Shown: positions 35,679 to 46,103 of the stretch, one piece after another
Layout of the letters: every line of letters starts with the position of its first letter
Position numbering within the stretch: the first letter of the stretch is position 1
Origin: Cyanophora paradoxa CCMP329
Lineage: Eukaryota > Plantae > Glaucophyta
Assembly: GCA_004431415.1 (NCBI GenBank)
Contig: QPMI01000520.1
Span: 124,001 to 188,000 of the forward strand
Direction of reading: 5' to 3'
DNA: 64,000 bases
Made by a program: the position numbers and the translations under genes
The notes under the pieces: generated by a model
Database searches by the model: none
What the model saw: the letters and a program-made list of their open reading frames with translations, nothing else
Told to the model about the DNA's origin: nothing

Positions 35679-37082
35679 CTAGTCGTGCTGCTCGGGGGGC
35701 GGGGCCGGGGGCGCCCAGCCGGGGTCGCGGGAGGCGAGGGCGTAGACGAGGAATTCTTTGTTGCCGTCCGGCCCCAGGATCGGGGACCTGCGCGCCGGGT
35801 GTGAGGGGCAGCAGAGACCAAGAAGGACTGACAGGGGGGCGCGAGAGGCGGCGCTGACTCGGTGAGGCCCTGGACGGCCCAGCGGAGGCCGGCGCGCTGG
35901 GCGGCGTGGCGGCCGTCGGGGTCGTCGAGCCAGGCGAGGATGCGCTCGCAGACGGCGCGGTGGAGCGCGGGGTCCCGCACGATGCCCCCCTTGCCGACGT
36001 TGCCCTTGCCCACCTCGAACTGGGGCTTGATGAGGGCCACCAGGCGGCAGCCGTCGGCGCCCAGCGCCATCGCCGCCGGGAGCACCGTCGCCAGCCCGAT
36101 GAACGACGCGTCGCACCTGCCGGGCCTCAGCCGAGAAGGGAAGGGGGAGGGAGGGAGGAAGGGCGGGGGCGCGCACACGACGACGTCCACGGGCTCGGGG
36201 ACGAGGGCGGGGGAGAGGCTCCGCGCGTTCGTCTTCTCGAGGACGACGACGCGCTCGTCCGAGCGGAGCTTCCAGTGCAGCTGGCCGTACCCCACGTCCA
36301 CCGCGTAGACCCGCCGCGCCCCGCTCGCCAGCAGCACGTCCGTGAAGCCGCCCGTCGAGGCCCCCACGTCCAGGCCCCTGCGGGGGTAAGGCGATGCCAG
36401 GGGGGGACGAGCCGGGGGGCGTACACGGCGCCGGTGACGTCGATTCGGAAGTGCTCGAGAGCCTTCGCGAGCTTCATGCCACCGCTGCGAGGCGGTCGGG
36501 GGGCGGGGGGACGGGGGCGGGCGGCGGGACGCGGACCGGGAGACCCAGGGGTGCTCCCGCCCCTTGACCTCGACCTCGGCGTCCGAGGCGATCTGCGTCC
36601 CCGGCTTCGAGATGACCGTCGTGCCCACCATCACCTGCGTGCCCCCGCGCGGCGCGCTTGGCGACCGGAGGAGCTCGCGCCGGCGCGGGGCCGGGGCGCG
36701 CCTTGCCGGCCAAAATGAGGCTCTGAGCGAGGGAGCGCGACTCCACGAGGCCACGCTCGACGATGAGTGCGTCCAGCCGCACCTTCTTCGCCTTCGCGGG
36801 GCGCGGCGCCGCCGCGACTCGGGGCGCCTCGGGCTCCTCCTGCTCGGCGCGCGGCCCGTCGGGTCCTGTCGACGAGGCTCTACTCCAAGCGCGCGGAGCT
36901 CCCGCCGGCGCGCTGATCGGCCGGCCCAGGCGCAGGCGGCCGCCGATCCACGAGCAAGCGCTCGGGCCCCAGCTCCGAGTTAGCTGCCAGGGGCAGAACT
37001 CCGCGTGAGGGAAGCTACTAGTACGCGCTCCCTGCTTCGTGCAGCCGCGGCCGAGGGCGCGCTCGGTCTGGTGTGCCCGCAT
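35679..37082 (-). CDS. tlyA: TlyA-family rRNA 2'-O-methyltransferase (S4 and FtsJ domains) with organellar presequence
   Basis: RLDALIVERGL, WVSRGGMKL, LDVGASTGGFTD, VYAVDVGYGQL, CDASFIGL, LIKPQFEVG, SPILGPDGNKEFL. Confidence 0.95.
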
Positions 37083-37145
37083 GATCGGCGCTGCAGCTGG
37101 GCGGACCGGACACCACAGCCCGCCCGAGAAGAGCATCTCGGGACA

Positions 37146-39599
37146 ATGGAAGTCGAAAGCCAGCTGCAGGAGTCCAAAACGACACGACGATGGAGGTACA
37201 ACCTGTACCCGTCAGCTGGCTCTTCGGGTTCTCGGAACGGAGAGACCGTGCGCGGCCGACGAATGCGGCCCTGCGTCCTTACCTGAACGTACGAGCTCGC
37301 TCGCAGAATCGCGGAGCTCGAAGGTGGGAACGAGGGCTTGCAAAGACTTGCGACACCCTCGCGGCAATGGAACCCGGTGCGGCCCGGCATTTGTGCGGCG
37401 TGACGCGGTCGAGATGCGCTCGGGCAGCACCGGGCCTGATCTGCCGCGGCCCGGATTTTAATCGCGCCGATCGTTGGCTCACGCCCCTGCAGAGCCACAC
37501 CACTCGCCGGTTCCGCCGCACGATGACCCGGACACGCCGGAAGCGGCGGGCGGGAAGAAGCACGGCAGCTGGTTCAGCGCAAGTGTCAAGAAGATCGGCG
37601 AGCTCGTCACAGCCCGCCCCGCGCGTTCTCTCGCTGATCTCTGCTCCCTCCGACAGATAACTTCTTCAAGAAGCTTGGCACGAGCGATAAGCCAGCGTCC
37701 TCCTCGGGGAGCGGCCGGTGTGCCTTTCGCAAGCTGCTGCCATCACACGAACGTAACGCCCGGCCATGCGGTCGCGTTCTTTGCAGGAAAGTGGAATCAA
37801 ATGGAGGGAGGTTCCTTTCGCTCGTGCGGTCGGAGCGGCGAGAGGAGCTGCAACGGCAAAGGGAGAAGGTCATAGCTTTGAAAGAGCAGCTGAACGCAAT
37901 GGAGATGGCCGCCCGCACCGGCGACTACGAGGGCAACGGAGATAGAAGGAGAATGCTGGAGGGCAAGGTGAGAACTGGTCGATCTCTGCGCGCGCGATCC
38001 CGCGCGTCGATCGAGCGCCCCAGCAGGTCCCGCCTGTAGAGGCGAGCCTAGCGGCGCGGGACTCTCGGTTGGAAAAGAAGATGCAACAGCTGCATGAAGA
38101 GCTGCGGGAAGCGGAGCACACGCTGAAGACGCTGGGCGAGGAGGTGTACCGGACGCTGGTGGCGAGCAAGAAGCTGGCGCCTGCGGCGACGCCGCAGGGC
38201 GAGGAGGACGAGGCGTTCGTTGCTGGCTGGGAGATCGACCCCGCCGACACCAAGTGCCTCAAGAAGCTGGGCGAGGGTCCGCCCCCGCCACTGGGCCGGC
38301 CCCCGCCGCCCTCTCAGGCCGCCGCGCCGCGCCGACCGACCCCCGCCCCAGGCGAGTTCGGAGTGACGTACCAGGGCGAGTTCCGGGGCCGCGTCGTGGC
38401 CGTAAAGCGCCTGAAAGTACAGTTCCCGAACCCGAAGCTGATAGAGGAGAGCAAGCAGGAGCTCCGGCTGCTCAGGTGCGCCCCGGGCCCCGCGCCGCCC
38501 CCTCCGCCGCCCGGGCGTGGCGGGGTGTGACGCTGGAGGGGGGGCGGGGCAGCCACCTGCACCACCCGAACGTGGTGCTCTTCATGGGGGCGTGCACGGT
38601 GCCGGAGGAGTTCTGCGTGGTGACGGAGCTGATGGAGGGCGGCTCGCTGTTCGACCTGCTGCACAAGCAGCAGAAGCAGCTGGACCGCTGGATGGTCGTC
38701 CAGTGGGCCAAGGACATCGCCTACGGCATGAACTACCTCCACCACCAGAAGCCCCAGATCATCCACCGCGACCTCAAGGTCCCCCCCGCCCCGCCCCCGC
38801 CCCTCCCCACGCCTCTTGCCGCGAGCTCACCGCCGCCCCGCCCCTCCCCAGTCCGGCAACCTCCTGGTGCGCCGGCGCCCACGCCCGGGCCGCTCTTGCC
38901 TCGGGAGGCGCCTGACGGGGGCGGCGCAGATCAACAAGTACCTGCACCTGAAGATCGGCGACTTCGGGCTGGCGCGCTTCAAGGCGGAGAGGTGGGCGCT
39001 GCGGGCAGGGGCGGGGGCGGGGGCGGGGCGGGGCTGAGGGGGCGGGGCCGGGGGCAGCGGGATCATGACGGCGGAGACGGGCTCGTACCGGTGGATGGCC
39101 CCCGAGGTCATCCGCCACGAGAAGTACAACGAGGCCCGCCCCGCCCCGCCCCGCCCCGCCCCGCCCCCTGACGCCCCCCGCAGAAGGTCGACGTCTACAG
39201 CTTCGCGCTCGTCGTCTGGGAGATGCTCACCGGGCAGATGCCCTTCGTGGGGTACACCCCCGTGCAGGCCGCCATGGCCGTCGCCCGCCAGGCCCGCTGC
39301 CCCGCCCCCTCCCCTGCCCCTTCGCCCCCGCTCACCCCGGCCGGGCTGCAGGGCGCCCGCCCCCCCATCCCCTCGGGCTGTCCCCCGCGGCTGGCGTCGA
39401 TGATCGAGCGTTGCTGGGCGAGCCGGCCCGACGACCGGCCAGCCTTCTCCGAGGTCCTCGGCATGCTTGACGAGATCGAGCGAGTGCGCACCCAGCTCTC
39501 CTATCCCTGAGGGCTTCCTTAACGGCCCCCTGACGCCCCCTGCAGGAGATGGTTCTCGAGCAGGCCAAGGCAGGGACCCGCACCGCGAAGTCCTATTAG
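37146..39599 (+). CDS. TKL/Raf-like (STY-type) protein kinase with N-terminal coiled coil
   Basis: [59 protein letters not shown]; start approximate. Confidence 0.93.
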
Positions 39600-39976
39600 T
39601 TCACCTTTTTCCCTTCCTCCGAGTCGTCCCCCCCCTCTCCTTCCCCTTTCCGCTCGGCAGCCCACACACACCTGCGTGGCTCCCCACGACGCAGATTTTC
39701 GCACGATGGCCCATGTTTTCAATGCGCTCAGATTCGCGGCAGTCCATTTCGTTGTCTGTAACTCTAGGCACCAGCAGGAGCGCTCCTCGCGCTTTGTTGT
39801 ATTCCACAGTAGCGACCAGGCCTCGATTTTCGCACGCAGCTTCCCGCCGGCAAGCGCAGCGGCGGGGCACGCGGGATCGGAGGGAGCAGCGGGGCGGACC
39901 TCGGAGGGCGCGGCTCCTCAACGCGGCCTGCCCTGTGCGATTCCGAGGCCTATAGCTAGCCTGACCCCCCGTATAA

Positions 39977-41083
39977 TCACTTGCCCTTGCCGTGGGCCTG
40001 AGCGCCGGCGGCGGCGGCCTTCGCGGCCTCGGAGCCGGGCACCGGCTTGGCGGGGACGTGCTGGTTCTTTTCTGCAATAAGATCCAGAGTGAAGCGGCGG
40101 CCAGCGGCCTCCCCCTGCGCCTCCAGGATGAACGGCTCCCACCTGCGCGCGTGGCGCACAGGCACCGTCGGCTCCAAGCCCGCCGGCGCGGGGCTTGCAC
40201 TGCGCAGCCGCACCTGCCGCGCGTCCGCGCGAGCTTCGCGTGCACCTGCGAGGCGGCCGCCGGCGTCGGACGGGCGGTGCGGGGCGTGGGCGGGACGACG
40301 CGCGGCGCGCACTACGCAGGTCCCGTTGGGGCCGGAGACTTGGATTGTGAAGGAGGCCAGGCCCCGGCTCTCGTCGACGCCGCCAGCCCAGTCCAGCGCG
40401 CCTGTCTCGACGGGGACTCCGAGCTGCGGAGAGCGCGGCCGCTCAGCCGCGCCGGCCGGCGGTGCGAGCGCGCGGGGCGATCGTGCGCGCGTCGCACATG
40501 AACGCACCTTCTCCTGCAGCTTCACGTTAAGCTTCACGAGGTCCTCGGCCACGCTGCGCGTGCGCGTGCGCAGCCGTCGACGTCAGAGCCGACAAGCACG
40601 CGCGGCCACGCGCAGCGAACCGGAGAGCCTCGGGCTTCCTGCGGCACCCGTCAGCAGTCGAATGGCGCCAGCGCATCAACGGAGCGCGCTCTGACCTGAT
40701 CAGATCGAGCGGGTTGCCAAGGATCCCGAGCGCGCCGGCGAAGAAGAGGAGTAGCGCCCCCGAGAAGCCCCAGTCGAAGATGCGCAGCTTCATGACCGTC
40801 TGCGGTGCGTGAGGGACGTGCTGTGGCGCTTCGGCGTCCGCATGCGGCGCCGCCTAACCTCCTCGGGCAGCGGGTCGCCGATCTTCACATCATCCTCCTC
40901 CTCCGCGGGCTTTCCCGGCGCAGTCGAGAGCGGCCGGCGTGCGAGCAGCGCCGCGGCCGGCTGGGCGGGTCGCGCGGCGGCAGCCGCGACGAGCGGAAGC
41001 TGGGAATGCGCGGCTCGCCTAGCCGCGATGGATATCGATGCCCTGATCACGGCGGCGCACCGCTGCGCTGCGAGGGAGCTCAT
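39977..41083 (-). CDS. COA1/TIM21-like mitochondrial inner-membrane protein
   Basis: Arg/Ala-rich presequence ending RRPLST, one TM (GFSGALLLFFAGALGIL), LGVPVETG...GLASFTIQVSGPNG..VHAKLAR...W. Confidence 0.7.
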
Positions 41084-41459
41084 GGCTCGGACCTCGGACC
41101 TGGAATCGAAGCAGCCCGGGATTCGAACGCCCGATTTCTCCAGACTCCGTCTGCCCTCAACACGCGCGACGCAAGTCGCAAGTTCGTAAGTTCGCCGGCC
41201 GCTCGATCCCACATGCGTCGCCGCGTGACTCGCTGACCCGCTCAACGAGCACTCGTCGGGCAGTGCATAGCAGCTCAGCTGCAGTTGATCGCAGCAGCGC
41301 CGGCAGCCACTCGGGCAGCGGAAGTCGGGCGGCACCGCTCCGCGCGGTCATCGCATCGGCTCTTCATCTCAAGCTAAAGTCGTCAAGGGCTGAGGCGCTG
41401 TCAGCGTTCAGACGCTGACTGAAGGCGCCGAGTTCGCTGCGACAGATCTCAAGATATCG

Positions 41460-43056
41460 ATGGGCGGAGGAGGAAGCCGGGTTCGTCAGCTACGACTCTC
41501 CTCCGGTTTTAAATGTGCCATGACGGCAGAGGATCGACTCTATCTATGCCGATCGCAGGCCGCGAAGGCGGCGAGACAGGTGCAGGGGCCCGTACGCGTT
41601 GTCGTTGGTGCGTCGCGATTGCATTAGATGCTCATGAGCTGGTCTGCAATTTCCGGTGGGCCAGGCCAGTGGCGCCACGTCGGGCAGCCCGCTTGCGCTC
41701 TGCGGCCGATCTTACGAGGCCGCGGCCGCGGGCGTGGTTGCGGCTGCAGCTGCGGCATTCAAATGAGCTGAAGCACGCCTCGCAGACCTGGACCAGCCTC
41801 CTGTGCTCCCGATCACGCCGAGCCGGTTAAAGGATCCGGCAGACTTCATTGGTGCGTTCGCTCGGCGCGGCGAGCGCCGCGCGGGGCCGCCGGGACCGCG
41901 CCTGATTGAGGGGCTGGTCCCTCGCGCGCGCCAGTCTCGTCGCGGTTCGTGGAGCGACGTGGGAGCGTGGCCTCGCGCCCCGGCGACGTCCTCGAGATCG
42001 CCGTCGTCGAGGGGGTCTTCGAGCAGGCGCCGGCGGCGTCGGGTGCCGCCCCGGCGCCGGCGGTGGTGGTGGCGGCGGCGGCGGCGGCGGGGCGGGAGCG
42101 GTGCGTGGCGGTGCTCTGGAACGGGAAGGAGGTGGCGCGCTCCCGGCCCCGGCCGGAGGCGAGCCCGGCCTTCGCCCTCGAGCTCGCCATCACCCTCCAG
42201 TCCGCCATCTCCGTGCGCCCCCCGCCCCGCCCCGCTCGAGCCTGCGGCGGCGACATCGAGCCTCACGCCTTGCCGCCGCAGTCCGAGAGCCCGCTGGCAT
42301 TCCACGTCTACCAGGCGCGCGCTCGGGGCGGGAAGCCCCTTCTGGGCTCCCCACGCCTCGAGCTCCTCGGCGCCCTCAGCGTACCCCTCCTCTCCCTTCC
42401 CCCCAGTGCGTCCCCCCTCGCCCTGCCTCCCTTCGCGTGCACCTCGAATCCGACCGGTCGCCGCCCCGCAGGCGTGGCTCGCGAGGAGGTGGGCCCTCGC
42501 TCGCGAAGTTGCGAAGCCGTCGCTGCTGCTGAGCTCCGCTTGCGCAGTGGTTCCGGGTGCGGACGCCTGAGACGCAGGCGGTGGTGGGCGCCCTCCGCCT
42601 CCGCCTTTGCCTTAAGCGCGAGCGGCCGCGCTTCGGCCGGCCCCGCTCCGTGCGCCCCGCCCCGCCCCCGCCCTAGATACTTCCCCTCGACGCGGCCCCC
42701 ACGGACGGGGCGTGGCACAGGAATCGATGCCCGAGATGGACGCGGCGGCGGCGGCGTGGCAGCCGGAGCCGCCGCACCGGCACGCCTCGTTCGCGGGGGC
42801 GGTGCCGGCGCACGGCGAGGCGCATGCGGGGGCGGCGCAGGAGGGCCCTCGGCCGCCTCAGGAGGGGCTCAGCACCTCGGGGAGCGCGTGGGCGGCGCCG
42901 GCCGGCCGCCCGGCGCGGGGCGCGGGCCTGGCCCTGCGGGCCTACGCGCCCTCGCCGGAGCCCTCGGAGGCGGATCAGGAAGCGGAGGCGGCGGCCGTGG
43001 GAGCGGCGGGCGATCCGCAGGCCGCCCTCCCGGGCCTCGTCCGCGCCTTATCCTGA
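41460..43056 (+). CDS. Hypothetical protein with C2-like domain; possible N-myristoylation start MGGGGS
   Basis: VLEIAVVEG...CVAVLWNGKEVARSR..SPAF...LAFHVYQ...ELLGALSVPL beta-strand pattern; first and last exons tentative (may end at 42570). Confidence 0.45.
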
Positions 43057-43223
43057 TCGCCACCCATTGGAAATGCTTTCAGCGGCGGCGCCGGCGCGGC
43101 GACCGCGCCCCGCCGAGCCTTCCGCGGCCGTGGGCCGGGCATTTTTGTGCACGTGATTTAGCAGTGTGCTCGAATGTCTTGCTTCGAAATTCGTATCACT
43201 GGCCATCATGGCCATCATTTCTT

Positions 43224-43398
43224 GTTGCAAGTTGATCATCAGACTTCGAGCTTGCATGCGCAATTGCAAGTTGATCAGACTTGGAGCTAGCGGTTGCAAG
43301 TTGGTCAGACTTGGAGCGCGCTGTACCCCGCGCTTGATCTATAGCTATCAAGCACCGCGCACTCGTTCTCTCCAGCAAGCACCGCGCACTCGTTCTCT
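43224..43398 (+). repeat. Two short direct-repeat sets
   Basis: TTGCAAGTTG(A/G)TCAGACTT(G/C)GAGC three times (43225, 43264, 43294); CAAGCACCGCGCACTCGTTCTCT twice (43349, 43376). Confidence 0.9.
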
Positions 43399-43519
43399 AC
43401 CTCGCAGTCACTGAGTATGACGAGGTCAGTATGGTAGGGTTGCCGATTGCTTAACAAGCTTCAATTTGCCGTGGATCCGGAAGCGGGCGTCTGCGTTCGT
43501 GTCACTGAGTCAGCTGATC

Positions 43520-44499
43520 ATGATGCTGCTGTGCTTTGGCAGTTACACGTGCTACGCGGACGGGCAGTGCGGCAGGAAGGGCGGGAAACTCATCACGACC
43601 TCGAAGGCCGAGGATCAGGCGTTTTTCAACAAGTGCGCCATTTTCGCTTTTCATGTACTCTCACCGTGGCACTGCCGCGTTGCAGTCAGTGCTTGCCATA
43701 TACACACGTGCACGCCTTGCGATGGCAGGTGCGGCAAGGCCGGATCGACGTCCTACCTCATCAAGTCGCCGGGACCGCCCAGCGTGGTGAACCCCGCCTG
43801 CATGGCCCTCGTGAAGCTCACCTCAACCAAGTGGTGAGTCCCCCTACACACGTGCACGTGCACGTCCGCGCTGCATGCTGCCCCTTCCCTTCCGCGCTGC
43901 ATGCTGCCCCTTCCCAGCTAGCCGGCCTTCTAGATCTCCGAGTTCCGCATGCGCAGCTGCCGGTGTCCGATGCCGGGATGATCCGCCCCGCCCCGCCGCC
44001 CGCGGCCCCGGCCCCGGCGCGGGGCCATCGCCAGGAATCGATATCCGGATCCGGATCCGGAGCTTGAGCTGACTTTGAGACGGGGGGCGGCAGGTACAGT
44101 AACGGTCTTCGCGTCTGGCAGCTCGATTCTGAGGTGCGACAAAAACTTAAGGAAATTTAAATTTGAAGCGGCGCTGCGGCAATTGCAGCACCGGTACCAG
44201 TGCTGTTCCACGGTTCCGGATCGACGATCCGCGGCCGCGGGCGGATGAATCTTTCGAGCTCGAGCCGAGCGAGCACTGCGGCAGCCGAGCGGGAAGCTCA
44301 CTTTTGTACGCAGAGCGAGGAGGTCTCCCTCGCGGAGCTGGAGGCGGCGCTCGCGGGGGGGGCCGAGGAGGAGGCGCTCGAGGCGCCCGGCATGGGCGGC
44401 CTCGCCTCGGGCGAGGGCGAGGCGGCGCTCGTCGAGCTGGGCGCCCAGGAGGCCCTCGAGCTCGCCTGGGCCCACGCCGACCTCCCCGACCTCCTCTAG
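43520..44499 (+). CDS. Small Cys-containing basic orphan protein with acidic C-terminal exon; true start unresolved
   Basis: Spliced YTCYADGQCGRKGGKLITTSKAEDQAFFNK/CGKAGSTSYLIKSPGPPSVVNPACMALVKLTSTKW/YSNGLRVWQLDSE/SEEVSLAELEAALAGGAEEEALE...AWAHADLPDLL*. Confidence 0.65.
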
Positions 44500-45020
44500 C
44501 CCCGCCCCGCCGCCCCCAAGCCACCGCCGCGCCCCCGCGCCCCCCGCGCCCCGGCCACTCCCCGAGCGCCGCCCGGCGGCCGCCACCGGCCCGGCGGGCC
44601 CGGCCCGCTGGCGCTGCGCGCGGCCATGTACATGTACATGTACATGTGGAGGCTTCGGTCTGGCGGCGCGCGCATTTCTTATCTGCTTAATTGACTGTAC
44701 ATATATAGGCCATGGCCACGGCGTAAACCAGTTGCGCTCAAGCGGGGCGGAAATTAAATAGGAAGCCGCCAGTTTCGCCCCCCGCAAACTCGGCAGACTC
44801 TGAGAGCACGACTCGGCGACTCAGCGGCGAGGCCATGGCCAGGTGCACGTGGATCATGATCCGATGATCCGGAGGCGGCGTAGGCCGCCGCAGCGCGGCG
44901 GCTCATGCAAAGGCTGCGAATTGAAGACTAGTACTAGTACTAGTATGATATCGATCATGAGACGGGAATTCGATCCGATGATCGAAAGCCACTAGGTCAG
45001 GGGGATACCGTCACTCGAAG

Positions 45021-45940
45021 ATGGGAGGCCGTGCAAGCTCGGCGGGCGGGGCGGCGCGGCAGTACGTGAAGGAGGAGGCGGTCTCCCTCAGCAAGGCGCA
45101 GCTGGAGCGCCTGGCCTCCGAGCGCGCGGCGGCCGAGGCGACGTACTCCGCGCCGGTGCGCGGCGCAGCGGCAGGTGCGCTCGATTCGTTAGATATATAC
45201 ACGGCGCCGGCTCCCTTGCATGCCTGAACCAGCCTGACCGGGGCGGGAGCAGGAAGTGAACCGAAGCCGGCGGCGGCGTCGCCTCTCGCGCGGCAGGCGG
45301 CTGCGGTGGCGCCCGATGATCGTTTTGAAGAGGATTTCATGAAGAAGATGCAGGAGCTCTCGCTTCCTCTGGACCGGGTGCGCGGCGTCAGCGCGTCTTC
45401 GGGCGGCCGTCGCTGATGATGGCCGCGGCGCGCGAAGCGGCCGGCGGCGGAGATCCCGGACATGCCGGGCCACTACTTGAACTCGAGGCCGAAGAAGAGG
45501 AAGACGGTGGACCGGGAGGCGTTGATGGCGGAGGACGACGAGGTCTCGACGCCGGGGCGCCTGACGACGAAGGAGGCGCAGGAGTTCCTGCGGCTGCAGC
45601 GCGAGGAGCCGCAGCGCTGGACCGCCGAGGCCCTCGCCGAGCGCTTCCGGCTCGACGTCGCCGTCGCCCGCGACATCCTCGCGCACTGTGCGCCGGCCTC
45701 GTGCCGGCCCGCCCGCCCCGCCCCGCGCCTGACGGGGGGCGCGGTGGCGATGCAGGCAGCGGGTACGTGGTGCTGCGAATCGGGACGAAGAACTTGGCGC
45801 TGCGGGAGCTCCCCAGGGAGCACCGCGACGCGGAGGCCGCCGCTCGCGGGGCCCCCGAGGCCGACGCCGCCCCCGAGGCCGGCCCCGCCGCCGGGCCCGC
45901 CGCCGGGCCCCGCAAGCGCAACCCCCTCGCGCAGCCCTGA
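45021..45940 (+). CDS. NDUFAF4: NDUFAF4-like (UPF0240) complex I assembly factor
   Basis: MG start; PGRLTTKEAQEFLRLQREEPQRWTAEALAERFRLDVAVARDILAH matches the family PxGxL...WTAE..A..Y.L motif. Confidence 0.75.
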
Positions 45941-46103
45941 TCGTGACGCTGCGCCTTTGCTAGTTTGAATTTAGGCCTGTAGAGTAGATTCAGCAGAGTT
46001 ACTGACAACGAACTAGGACTAGACTGCGAGGGGAGGCCCCCGCGGGGAGGGGGCGCCCCGGGCTTCAAAGAAGGGCCGTGTACGCAGCTCCAGAGGAGAG
46101 GGG

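Noticed and set aside
29769-37082. purM, VTE1, MIF and tlyA as a prokaryotic operon or contaminant
   Set aside because: All contain host-style introns, orientations are mixed, functions are unrelated and apparent origins differ
43224-43398. Direct repeats with short intervening sequence, superficially CRISPR-like
   Set aside because: Only 2-3 degenerate copies, spacers of about 4-12 nt, no cas genes, eukaryotic context
39977-45940. COA1-like and NDUFAF4-like genes as a respiratory-assembly cluster
   Set aside because: Separated by unrelated genes; chance proximity is sufficient
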